Shown: positions 15,009 through 23,749, numbered from the stretch's first letter. The stretch is DNA of 41,147 nt from a virus (IMGVR_UViG_3300029479_000009:1-41147); one strand, 5' to 3'. Numbers and translations are program-made. The notes: a model not told the origin generated them from the letters alone.

Positions 15009-15025
15009 GTGTCCACTGTGGACAC
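15009..15025. repeat. Dispersed palindrome copy 3: GTGTCCAC-T-GTGGACAC
   Basis: Perfect copy 15 nt downstream of the tRNA-like gene. Confidence 0.9.
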
Positions 15026-15047
15026 CTTTGGAGAGGAGGACTGCAAA

Positions 15048-15275
15048 ATGCTTGAGCGCTTGAAAGAACTGATCTGCGACATGGCAAAGTTTTTGACGCG
15101 CCTCGGCGCTGGCCTTATCCTCTCGACCTTACCGATCAGCAACAAAGAAAGCCACTTTGTGCGCTATGCGCGGTGTTTCGGTTTCCGTGCAGACCACACA
15201 AAACGCGAGCCTCGGGCAGAGATCGGAGGCCGTGGCTGTATCCAAGGAGCACGGCCTGCTATCCGTGCGGATTAA
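15048..15275 (+). CDS. Hypothetical small protein (75 aa), weak call
   Basis: Strong RBS GGAGAGGAGG 8 nt before the ATG; translation MLERLKELICDMAKFLTRLGAG...; the region could instead be non-coding RNA. Confidence 0.3.
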   Translation: MLERLKELICDMAKFLTRLGAGLILSTLPISNKESHFVRYARCFGFRADHTKREPRAEIGGRGCIQGARPAIRAD

Positions 15276-15297
15276 CCGCTGCTGATACAATACAATT

Positions 15298-15346
15298 AAA
15301 AACCAGCTTTTTGCATGATGAGCTCCATGCAGCAAGGCTGGTTTTT
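15298..15346. terminator. Long hairpin / bidirectional terminator just before tRNA-CAU
   Basis: AAAAACCAGC...GCTGGTTTTT outer stem with an inner TGCATG/CATGCA stem. Confidence 0.55.
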
Positions 15347-15351
15347 CTTAT

Positions 15352-15428
15352 GCCGCTTTAGCTCAGTCGGCCAGAGCATCCGGCTCATAACCGGACGTGT
15401 GCAGGTTCGAGCCCTGCAAGCGGCACCA
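15352..15428 (+). tRNA. tRNA with CAU anticodon (elongator Met or lysidine-modified Ile2), CCA encoded
   Basis: Full cloverleaf read by hand: GCCGCTT/AAGCGGC acceptor stem, GCTC..GAGC D arm, TCCGG-CTCATAA-CCGGA anticodon arm, GCAGG-TTCGAGC-CCTGC T arm, then A-CCA. Confidence 0.85.
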
Positions 15429-15455
15429 AAACGCCAGAAGAAAGGAGGCTGCCCC

Positions 15456-16189
15456 ATGGAGCTGTACAACGGCGATTGTCTGGAAGTGATGAAAAGCATT
15501 CCGGATGATAGCGTGGACATGGTGCTGACGGATTTACCGTATGGCACCACCCGGAACGCCTGGGATTCTATCATCCCATTTGAACCGCTGTGGGCACAGC
15601 TCAAACGGGTAACCAAGCGTGGCTGTGCGATTGCACTCCATGCGGATATGCCGTTTGCCGCAAAGCTTGTCTGCTCCAATCTTCCGTGGTATCGGTACGA
15701 GCTCATCTGGGAAAAGCCCTTGGGCTCTGACTTCCTCAACGCAAACCGGAAGCCCTTAAAAAATCATGAGAGCATCCAGATATTCAGTGAATGCCAGACG
15801 AAGACCTACAATCCACAATTCACGTTTGGTTCGCCGTATGTAAGGACAAGAACCGGCAAAAGTTTAAATTACGGCGAGTGCGGAAGCGTATGCACCACGA
15901 TCAGTGAGGGGGGCGACATCCCAAAACGGTATTACATTTTGCCACAGACCGGGAAAAGATTCACCCCACGCAAAAGCCCGTGGCGCTGGAAGCGTGGCTT
16001 ATCCGCACCTACACAAATCCGGGCGAGACCGTGCTGGACTGCTGCATGGGCAGCGGCTCCACGGGTGTGGCCTGCATCCATGAGGGCCGAAATTTCATCG
16101 GCATTGAAAAAGATGCAGAGTATTTCCGCATTGCAAAGATGAGACTTGAACAGGAGCAGGAAGCTGGGCAGCAGCTGAGTTTGTTATGA
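15456..16189 (+). pseudogene. DNA N4/N6 methyltransferase (beta-class, DPPY-type) split into two frames at a G6 tract
   Basis: The N-terminal part, in the frame of 15456, has MELYNGDCLEVM...VLTDLPYG. The C-terminal part, in the frame open from 15908, has GGRHPKTVLHFATDREKIHPTQKPVALEAWLIRTYTNPGETVLDCCMGSGSTG. The switch occurs at GGGGGG 15908-15913. Confidence 0.8.
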
Positions 16190-16542
16190 CCGCAAAATTT
16201 TTGAAATGGCTGCAAGGCCTAATCGCACGCGGAGACGTGCATCCGTTCTACTGCACCACGCAGTGGATCAGCCTCTCACGGCAGGTGCTGGAGATGGACA
16301 GGCACGAGTGCCAGATATGCAAGCAGCGCGGGCGGTATCACCGTGCCGAGTTGGTACACCATGTGAACCATGTGCGGGATGCTCCTGCGCTGGCGCTGGA
16401 TATTTATTACAAAGACGCCGATGGACAGCAGCAGCGCAACCTCATCAGCGTGTGCAAGGACTGCCACGAGACGGTCTGCCACCCGGAAAGAATGCGCCGC
16501 GCCAAGCGTGCGCCGCCGTTGACCCGGGAGCGCTGGGACTGA
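16186..16542 (+). CDS. HNH endonuclease (packaging-associated)
   Basis: CQICK...ELVHHVNHV...NLISVCKDCHETVCH motifs; sits directly upstream of the terminase genes, as in HK97-like cos phages. Confidence 0.85.
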   Translation: MTAKFLKWLQGLIARGDVHPFYCTTQWISLSRQVLEMDRHECQICKQRGRYHRAELVHHVNHVRDAPALALDIYYKDADGQQQRNLISVCKDCHETVCHPERMRRAKRAPPLTRERWD

Positions 16543-16688
16543 GGGCACACCCCCCGTCTGAAAAAACGGGAAATGGTAAACATTCCCTTACTCGGGGCGT
16601 TCCCTGACTTTCCAGCTGGTCTCGTGCGCGTGTGCGCGCGCGTAGAAGCTATACAATCTGCACAAATCCACAGAAAGCGAGAATAACG

Positions 16689-17045
16689 ATGGGCAAAAAC
16701 AAAAATCTTCCCCCCACCCGGGTCAAATACTGGGAGGAGCTGAAAGAAATTGAAGAAGCGGCCAAAGCGGCCAACTGTGACACCAACTTTTTTTATCGCA
16801 CAACGCTTGACCGCTATGTGGATCAGCTCGACCTGCTGGAAAAAGCCCGGAAATCCATCGAAGAGGACGGCCTGACCATCCTCCAGATCACCCCGCGCGG
16901 TGCAGAGCGGGAAATCCCCAACCCGGCAGTGCAGACCTATAACCAGACCGCCAGCGCTGCCAACTCCACCGTGCAGACGCTGCTGCGCATCGTGCAGACC
17001 TACAAGTTTATGGCGGCCAAGGAAGACGAGGACGATGAGCTGTAA
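16689..17045 (+). CDS. terS: Terminase small subunit (P27-like)
   Basis: Internal ATG of ORF 16632..17045; position and size fit; ...EEDGLTILQITPRGAEREIPNPAVQTYNQ... resembles the P27 family. Confidence 0.65.
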   Translation: MGKNKNLPPTRVKYWEELKEIEEAAKAANCDTNFFYRTTLDRYVDQLDLLEKARKSIEEDGLTILQITPRGAEREIPNPAVQTYNQTASAANSTVQTLLRIVQTYKFMAAKEDEDDEL

Positions 17046-18702
17046 CATCCCCCCGGAGATTCTGGAGTACATCGAGCTGGTGGAGACCGGGGCCCAGCGA
17101 GCCTGCAAAGAGCAAAAAGCCCTTGTGGCGCTGATCCGGCGCGTATTTGAGACAGAAGCCATCTATGTGGATACCGAGCGAATGCGGAAATATTTCCGCT
17201 TGGCCCGGTATTTTCCGTATGACCGCCTTTTCCCGTGGCAGACATTTGCGCTTGGGCTCTGGCTGTGCACCTACCGGGCCGACCACTCCCCCCGCTTCAA
17301 AACGCTGTTTGCCATGGTGGGCCGTGGCGCTGGCAAAGACGGCGTGATTGCCCTTTCTTCAGCGGCACTCATCTCCCCATACAACCCGGTGCCTCACTAC
17401 AACGTGGACATCTGTGCCAACAACGAGGAACAGGCCGTCACCCCGGTGAAAGACATCGTGGAAGCTCTGGAAAACCCCCAGTGGGAGGCCAAGCTCTCCC
17501 GGTTCTACTACCACACAAAAGAGATTTTGCGGGGCCGCAAGAACCTTGGCGAGGTCAAGGGCCGCACCAACAACCCCAAAGGCCGCGACGGTATGCGCTC
17601 CGGCGCTGTCATCTTCAACGAGGTGCACCAGTACCAGAACTACGACAACATCAAGGTTTTTATCACTGGCCAGGGCAAAGTGGCCGAGCCCCGCGTGGGC
17701 TTTTTCACTTCCAACGGCGAAGTCTCAGATGGGCCGCTGGACGACTATTTGGCCCGAGGGCGGCGCATCCTTTTTGAGGGCGAGGCCGATGAGGGATTTT
17801 TACCTTTCATCTGCTGCCTGGACAGTGAAGCCCAGGTGCATGATCCAGAAAACTGGTGCATGGCCAACCCGTCCCTGCCCTACCTGCCGCACCTGATGCA
17901 GGAAATCCAGGACGAATACCGCGACTGGAAAGAGCGCCCGGAGCAAAACGGCGATTTTATCACCAAGCGCATGGGCATCCGAAAAGGTGCAAAGGAAATT
18001 TCGGTGACGGACTACGAAAAAGTAAAAGCCACCAACCGCCCCCGGCCAGACCTGACCGGGTGGAGCTGCACGGTGGGCATCGACTACGCCGAACTCAACG
18101 ACTGGGCGGCGGTCAACCTGCATTTCCGGCGCGGTGACACCCGGTATGACATCAACCGGGCGTGGATCTGTGCCCAGAGCAAGACCCTGACCCGCATCAA
18201 GGCCCCGTGGCAGACCTGGTGCGACATGGGAGAATGCATCTATGTGGATGATGTGAGCATTTCGCCCTACCTGCTGACCGACTACATCCGGGAAGCAGCG
18301 CGGAAATACAACATCAAAAAGCTGGCCCTTGACCATTTCCGATACACCATGATGGCCGAGGCCCTGCAAAGCATCGGGTTTGACGCCAAGGACAAAAACC
18401 GGGTCAAGCTGATCCGGCCCAGTGACATCATGCAGGTAGACCCCCTCATCCAAGACTGCTTTGACCGCGGTCTTTTTGTGTGGGGCGACGCTCCCCAGCT
18501 GCGCTGGGCCACAAACAACACCAAGCGGGTGCGAAGCAGCCGGGCACAGAGCGTGGACACAGGCAACTTCATCTACGCCAAAATTGAGGCCAAGAGCCGG
18601 AAAACTGACCCGTTTATGGCGCTGGCCGCTTCCATGGTCATCGAGAGTGAGCTGGGCACCGGACAGGTACGAAAGCCCAAGCTGGGCGCAATCTGCTGGT
18701 AA
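17035..18702 (+). CDS. terL: Terminase large subunit
   Basis: Start at MSCNIPPEILEY..., overlapping the terS end. Walker A-like VGRGAGKD. Nuclease half has ...GIDYAELNDWAAV.... 555 aa. Confidence 0.85.
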   Translation: MSCNIPPEILEYIELVETGAQRACKEQKALVALIRRVFETEAIYVDTERMRKYFRLARYFPYDRLFPWQTFALGLWLCTYRADHSPRFKTLFAMVGRGAGKDGVIALSSAALISPYNPVPHYNVDICANNEEQAVTPVKDIVEALENPQWEAKLSRFYYHTKEILRGRKNLGEVKGRTNNPKGRDGMRSGAVIFNEVHQYQNYDNIKVFITGQGKVAEPRVGFFTSNGEVSDGPLDDYLARGRRILFEGEADEGFLPFICCLDSEAQVHDPENWCMANPSLPYLPHLMQEIQDEYRDWKERPEQNGDFITKRMGIRKGAKEISVTDYEKVKATNRPRPDLTGWSCTVGIDYAELNDWAAVNLHFRRGDTRYDINRAWICAQSKTLTRIKAPWQTWCDMGECIYVDDVSISPYLLTDYIREAARKYNIKKLALDHFRYTMMAEALQSIGFDAKDKNRVKLIRPSDIMQVDPLIQDCFDRGLFVWGDAPQLRWATNNTKRVRSSRAQSVDTGNFIYAKIEAKSRKTDPFMALAASMVIESELGTGQVRKPKLGAICW

Positions 18703-18716
18703 AGGAGAAAAACAAC

Positions 18717-19970
18717 ATGGGCTTTTTTGAAAAAGTGGGCCAGTTTTTTGGCGTGGGCAGTAAGCCACAGCAGGCAGAAGCCCCGCCCGATGGCGGCATC
18801 ACGGAAAAAGAGGTGCACATCTCCGGCCCCGGAGCTGATGGCCTGGACTGGGTGAGCTGCTGGCAGGAATACCGCCTGCGGGAGTTGGCTTTTAACAGCT
18901 GTGTCAACCTCATCGCCAAAGCCATCGCCAACTGCGAGTTTAAGACCTACGAAAAAGGAAGCCCCGTGAAAAAAGATTATTACTATCTTTTCAACGTGGA
19001 GCCCAACATCAACGAAAACAGCACCGAATTTTGGCAAAAAGCCATTTACAAGCTATACGCCCACAACGAGGCGCTGCTTGTGCCGCTGGTGCGGGGCGGG
19101 CGGCTGAATCTGGTGGTAGCCGACAGCTGGGCAAAGCCTGACTACATCCCCACCCAGGAAAAAGTCTATAAAGACATCCAGGTGGGAGACCAGGCATACA
19201 CCCGCACCCTGAAAGAGAGCGAGGTGCTTCACTTCACCCTCAACAGCACAAATGCCAAAGCCGTGGTAGATGGGCTGTATGAGAGCTACAACAATCTTGT
19301 GCAGGCCACCATGAAAGCCACCATGCGGAACTCCGGCCAGCACCTCAAAGTGCACATTGACCAGGTGAACGAGGGCCGGGACGACTTTGAAAAGAATTTT
19401 GGCGAGATGTTGAACACCCAGTACAAGCCGTTTCTTTCCAGTGAGTCCGGTATCCTGCCCGAGTTTGACGGCTACAATTTTGAGCAGTTTGGCGGTGATG
19501 GTAAAGCACAGGACACCCGGGACATCCGGGCCCTTGTGGATGATATCTTCACCTTTACGGCCCGGGGCCTTGGCATTCCCCCGGTGCTGGTGCAGGGAGA
19601 TGTGGCCGGAATCAGCGACGTGGTGACCCACTGGCTGACGACCTGCATTGACCCCCTTGCCGCACAGATCAGCGAGGAGTGCAACCGCAAGCTTTACGGC
19701 ATCAACGCCTGGAAAGGCGGCGACCGGATGACCGTGGACACTTCCACCATCCAGCACTTTGACATGCTGAGCAATGCGGCCAACATCGAAAAGCTGATCG
19801 AGAGCGCTTACAGCTCCATCAACGAGTGCCGCGAGGCCACGGGCCTTGAACCCTTGCCGGATGAGTGGGCAAACATCCACTGGATGACCAAGAACATCTC
19901 CACCGTGGACAGCGTGGCCCGCAATGCCGCAAACGAAACCACCAAGACAGGAGGAAAAAACAGTGCCTAA
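18717..19970 (+). CDS. Portal protein (HK97-type)
   Basis: 417 aa ORF after terL, AAAGGAGAAAAA RBS, typical length and position. Confidence 0.8.
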   Translation: MGFFEKVGQFFGVGSKPQQAEAPPDGGITEKEVHISGPGADGLDWVSCWQEYRLRELAFNSCVNLIAKAIANCEFKTYEKGSPVKKDYYYLFNVEPNINENSTEFWQKAIYKLYAHNEALLVPLVRGGRLNLVVADSWAKPDYIPTQEKVYKDIQVGDQAYTRTLKESEVLHFTLNSTNAKAVVDGLYESYNNLVQATMKATMRNSGQHLKVHIDQVNEGRDDFEKNFGEMLNTQYKPFLSSESGILPEFDGYNFEQFGGDGKAQDTRDIRALVDDIFTFTARGLGIPPVLVQGDVAGISDVVTHWLTTCIDPLAAQISEECNRKLYGINAWKGGDRMTVDTSTIQHFDMLSNAANIEKLIESAYSSINECREATGLEPLPDEWANIHWMTKNISTVDSVARNAANETTKTGGKNSA

Positions 19971-20658
19971 ACCGTACTTTGATTTTCAGCAGTCGGGCGA
20001 ACAGGCCGACATCTACATCTTCGGCGACATCACCAGCTTCCCCTTTGTGGAAAGCGACGTGAGCGCCTACCGCCTTACCCGGCAGCTGGAGCAGGCAGGC
20101 GACCTGGCCGAAATCAACGTCCATGTGGACAGCTACGGCGGCGAGGTGGCCGAGGGCTTTGCCATCTATAACGCCCTGCTCGCCAAAAATGCAAAGGTCA
20201 ATACCTATGCAGATGGATTTGTGGCCAGTGCGGCCATCTACCCCTTTTTGGCTGGCTCCCAGCGGGTGGCCAACAACGTGAGCGCCTTTTACTTTCACCC
20301 TGTGATCGGTGGAACCTATGGCTACTCCGAAGACCTCCGCGCTGCTGCCGATGAGCTGGACAAGCTGACTGAGATCGGCAAGGGCGCTTTTACCGCTTCG
20401 GGCATGACCGAACAGGCCGCCACCGACCTGCTGAACAGCAAAACGTGGTACAGCCCCGAGGAAGTGCTGGAAATGGGCCTGGCAACCAGTATCCAGAAGC
20501 AGGCCTCCAGCAAGGCCGCTTCCCAGAGCGTGCGAGACCTTATCATCCGGCAGATGCTGGTGGTGCCGGACCAGACGCCCCCACCTCAGAAGCCGCCCGA
20601 CCCGCAGACACCGCCCCCGGCACAGCACTCTGTGCTTGAGCTGTTCGCCAAATTTTAA
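19963..20658 (+). CDS. ClpP-like prohead protease
   Basis: GTG start after CAGGAGGAAAAAA; ...INVHVDSYGGEVAEGFAIYNALL...GFVASAAIYPFLAG... ClpP/S14 motifs. Confidence 0.8.
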   Translation: MPKPYFDFQQSGEQADIYIFGDITSFPFVESDVSAYRLTRQLEQAGDLAEINVHVDSYGGEVAEGFAIYNALLAKNAKVNTYADGFVASAAIYPFLAGSQRVANNVSAFYFHPVIGGTYGYSEDLRAAADELDKLTEIGKGAFTASGMTEQAATDLLNSKTWYSPEEVLEMGLATSIQKQASSKAASQSVRDLIIRQMLVVPDQTPPPQKPPDPQTPPPAQHSVLELFAKF

Positions 20659-20667
20659 TCAGCCGCA

Positions 20668-20697
20668 AAGCCGCATCCATACCGGGTGCGGCTTTTT
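20668..20697 (+). terminator. Hairpin terminator/attenuator before the capsid gene
   Basis: aagccgca...tgcggctt stem followed by TTT. Confidence 0.5.
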
Positions 20698-20723
20698 AAA
20701 TACCTGAAAAGGAGAAAAACGAT

Positions 20724-22214
20724 ATGCCGAATCTCACTGAACTGTACAAAAAGAATCAGAAGCTTTCCAGCCTGCGCCAGCGCCTGGCCGACGTTGCAAA
20801 GGGCAACGACGCCGATGAATTTTCCAACGTTTTTATGGAAATGTGCCAGACCATCGGCGAGATCAATTATGAAGAGTGCGAGAGCCAGAACGAGGGCTTG
20901 ATCCAGAAGCTGAACGACTCCGTTCTGTATTCCCGGGGCGTCCGCCAGCTGACCACCGAAGAGCGGGACTATTATCAGGCTGTCATCCCGGCCATGCGGA
21001 GCGACAACCCAAAGCAGGCCCTCAATGACGTTGCCGTTGTTTTCCCGGAGACCACGATTTCCCGCGTGATGGATGATCTGGTTGAGAAACACCCCTTGCT
21101 GAGCAAGATCCAGTTTACCCCCACCGGCGGTGCCATCCGGATGATGATGAATACCGACGGCCGCCACAAGGGCGCATGGGGAAGCCTTTGTGCTGAGATT
21201 GTCGAAGAACTGACCTCCGGCTTCAAGGAAGTCGATGTCGGCCTCTTCAAGCTTTCTGCCTTTATTCCCATCTGCAAAGCCCAGCTCGACCTCGGCCCCG
21301 AGTGGCTGGACCGCTACATCCGCGCCATTCTGGGTGAGGCTGCGGCGTTCACTTTTGAAGATGGCATTGTGATGGGCGACGGAAAGGAGCAGCCCATCGG
21401 TATGATCCGCGATGTGTCCGAGAGTGCCAGCGTGCAGGGTGGCAAGTACCCCGAAAAGGCAAAAATCAAAGTCACCGACCTGGAGCCCACCACCATCGGC
21501 AACCTCATCTCCCTGCTGGCTACCACCCCCAACGGCAAAGACCGCGACCCGGATGACCTCATCTTCTTGGTGAACCCGCAGGACTACTACCAGCGTGTGA
21601 TGCCTGCTACCACCGTCAAGGCCCCCGATGGTACCTACCGCAAGGACGTGCTGCCTGTGGACATGACCATCATCAAAACCGCAGCGCTGCCGCGCGGCCA
21701 GGCTGTATTCGGCATTGGCCGCCTGTACTTTGCGGCTTTGGGCATGAACAAGGGCGGCAAAATCGAGTATTCTGACCACTACCGCTTCCTGGAAGATAAG
21801 CGCGTCTACCTCATCAAGCTGTATGCCAACGGCCTGCCCATGGACAACAATGCTTTCCTCAACCTGGACATCTCCGGCCTGCAGCCCGTGCCTTACAAGG
21901 TGACCACCGTGGAAGCCCCTACCCCGTCCACTGACGCCACTCTGAGCGCGTTGAAGCTGGGCAACCTGTCCCTGAGCCCGGCCTTTACCTCTGCGGGCAT
22001 CACCTATACCGCATCCACGGAAGCGGCTACCACCACCATCACCGCCACTCCGGCCAACGCGGGCGCAAAGATCGAGGTCAAGGTGGGAACCAAGGTGATC
22101 GAGAACGGAAAGGCTGCGACCTGGGCAGACGGCGAGAACACCGTGACCATCAACGTGACGGCTGAGGACGGCACCACCACCAAGACCTACACCGTCACCG
22201 TGACCAAATCCTGA
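20724..22214 (+). CDS. Major capsid protein (HK97 fold) with a C-terminal cadherin-like/Ig-like domain
   Basis: Position after the protease; 496 aa. The last ~95 aa, DATLSALKLGNLSLSPAFTSAGITYTAS...TVTINVTAEDGTTTKTYTVTVTK, match the cadherin-like beta-sandwich pattern. Confidence 0.8.
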   Translation: MPNLTELYKKNQKLSSLRQRLADVAKGNDADEFSNVFMEMCQTIGEINYEECESQNEGLIQKLNDSVLYSRGVRQLTTEERDYYQAVIPAMRSDNPKQALNDVAVVFPETTISRVMDDLVEKHPLLSKIQFTPTGGAIRMMMNTDGRHKGAWGSLCAEIVEELTSGFKEVDVGLFKLSAFIPICKAQLDLGPEWLDRYIRAILGEAAAFTFEDGIVMGDGKEQPIGMIRDVSESASVQGGKYPEKAKIKVTDLEPTTIGNLISLLATTPNGKDRDPDDLIFLVNPQDYYQRVMPATTVKAPDGTYRKDVLPVDMTIIKTAALPRGQAVFGIGRLYFAALGMNKGGKIEYSDHYRFLEDKRVYLIKLYANGLPMDNNAFLNLDISGLQPVPYKVTTVEAPTPSTDATLSALKLGNLSLSPAFTSAGITYTASTEAATTTITATPANAGAKIEVKVGTKVIENGKAATWADGENTVTINVTAEDGTTTKTYTVTVTKS

Positions 22215-22216
22215 CC

Positions 22217-22546
22217 ATGACGATCGCGTGGGATGATATCCGCCCTGCGCTGCTGCCCGACATCAAAAACTATCTCGATATCACATGGCAGGACGATGAA
22301 CTGGAGAAAAAGCTCTGGGGCATCGCCGTGGCGGGCATGGGGTATCTGGATGGAAAGATCGGCACGGCACAGGACTACACCCAGCCCGGCCTCCACCGCA
22401 GCCTGCTTTTTGATTATATCCGCTATACCCGGGACGGGGCGGCGGATATCTTCGAGAACAACTACCGCCACCTCATCCTGGCCGCACAAAATGAAAGGCG
22501 GGTGACCGCGTATGCCGCGAAAGCTGCCGACGCGCCCGACGGCTGA
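22217..22546 (+). CDS. Head-tail connector (gp6-like)
   Basis: Position and motif ...IKNYLDITWQDDELEKKLWGIAVAGMGYL... Confidence 0.65.
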   Translation: MTIAWDDIRPALLPDIKNYLDITWQDDELEKKLWGIAVAGMGYLDGKIGTAQDYTQPGLHRSLLFDYIRYTRDGAADIFENNYRHLILAAQNERRVTAYAAKAADAPDG

Positions 22547-22922
22547 GATCAGCCAGAATTTCAACAGCGGCGCGGTGATCGTCTACGGCGTCGCCGACGT
22601 GGCCCCTGCGGGCCGCCAGCCTGTGTACAAGCTCACCCAGAAATGCGTGCTGCGGTACGAGGAGCGGCAGCTGGGCATCAAGCGGCTGTACCTCAGCCGC
22701 CAGAACAATGCCGAGATCGTCCGGGTGGTGCGGGTGCCCTGCCCAGGCATCCCGATCAGCTCCCAGGACGTGGCACAGACCGAAGACGGCCAGCGCTACC
22801 GCATCGACACGGTGCAGGCCGTGGAGGGCTGCTACCCGCCCGCACTGGATTTAAGCCTGCGGGCCGTGGAAGAAAACTTTGACGCCCGGCTGACCAAGGA
22901 GGACGACCATGACGTGGAGTGA
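22512..22922 (+). CDS. Head closure / head-tail adaptor protein
   Basis: ...VIVYGVADVAPAGRQPVYKL...VLRYEERQLGIKRLY...RYRIDTVQ pattern typical of SPP1 gp16-like adaptors. Confidence 0.65.
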   Translation: MPRKLPTRPTAEISQNFNSGAVIVYGVADVAPAGRQPVYKLTQKCVLRYEERQLGIKRLYLSRQNNAEIVRVVRVPCPGIPISSQDVAQTEDGQRYRIDTVQAVEGCYPPALDLSLRAVEENFDARLTKEDDHDVE

Positions 22923-23235
22923 GTGCATCATTGCAGCCCACACGGCAGTCACCGACCAGGTGAGCCACGGGGGCCGGATGAAGTCCAAGCGGTACTTTGT
23001 GTGGCAGGAAGATGGCGCGGATGATTTCAGCGCCGACGGAGAGCACGCAGAGAGGGCCGTCACGGGCACGACAGACCTTTTTACAACAATCGAGCTTGAC
23101 CCATGGCGCGAGGCCTTAGAGACGAGCTTTGACGCCTCTGAGTGCATTACCTGGTATTTGAACCCGGTGCAGTATGAGGCGGACCGCGGCATCTGGCACT
23201 ATGAATGGAGATGGACGGTGACGGGCTGTGGCTAA
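22909..23235 (+). CDS. Neck/tail-joining hypothetical protein (108 aa)
   Basis: Position in the connector module only. Confidence 0.45.
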   Translation: MTWSECIIAAHTAVTDQVSHGGRMKSKRYFVWQEDGADDFSADGEHAERAVTGTTDLFTTIELDPWREALETSFDASECITWYLNPVQYEADRGIWHYEWRWTVTGCG

Positions 23236-23749
23236 AATCACTGCAAAAGGCTCCGCCCAGTATCTCCGCAACCTGGAAAAGCTGGGCCGTAATACAGACG
23301 ACATCTGCAAGCAGGCTGTATACCAGGGTGCAAAAGTCGTGGCGGACGCCATCAAAAGCTCCATCGACGACATCACCGTGCACAGCCTGCCTCCCGGGCA
23401 AAAATACTTTTACCTCTCGGAAGAGGATAAAAAGAACGGTATGCTCCTCGATGGCGTGACCAAGGAACAGGCCGACGGCCTTAAAAACGGCCTTGGCATC
23501 GCCGTCATGGAACATAAAAATTTTGCCTGGAATACCAAGATCGGCTTTGACGGGTACAACGAAGTGCGCACCAAGACTTACCCCAAGGGTGAGCCGAACG
23601 CACTGATTGCCCGCAGTGTCGAAAGCGGAAGCAGCGTCCGCAACAAAACGCCGTTCATCGCTCCTGCCGTGAAGAAGATCCGCAAGGATGCAGAGCACGC
23701 CATGGAAGTGACGATCGAAGAAAAAATCCATGCACTGATAGACGAATAA
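23228..23749 (+). CDS. HK97 gp10-like tail-joining protein
   Basis: GTG start; AKITAKGSAQYLRNLEKLGRNTDDICKQAVYQGAKVVADAIKSSI resembles the gp10 family. Confidence 0.55.
   Translation: MAKITAKGSAQYLRNLEKLGRNTDDICKQAVYQGAKVVADAIKSSIDDITVHSLPPGQKYFYLSEEDKKNGMLLDGVTKEQADGLKNGLGIAVMEHKNFAWNTKIGFDGYNEVRTKTYPKGEPNALIARSVESGSSVRNKTPFIAPAVKKIRKDAEHAMEVTIEEKIHALIDE

Noticed and set aside
14517-15145. ORFs 14517..14915, 14564..14803, 14746..15063 (+) and 14738..15145 (-)
   Set aside because: They run through the iteron array, the palindromes and the tRNA-like gene, lack RBSs and have implausible composition. The region is better explained as non-coding.
15315-15455. N-terminal extension of the methyltransferase ORF back to 15315
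   Set aside because: The extension overlaps the complete tRNA-CAU gene and a terminator hairpin. The ATG at 15456 has an AAAGGAGG RBS at the correct spacing.
20655-21779. Long minus-strand ORFs opposite the late genes (for example 20655..21779, 19053..19880, 23578..24453, 26593..27384, 29266..30477, 33520..34365, 38278..39228)
   Set aside because: Each is antisense to a gene with clear structural or lysis identity or good RBS context. The products are Gly/Arg/His/Val-rich with no motifs. These are shadow ORFs expected in high-GC sequence.
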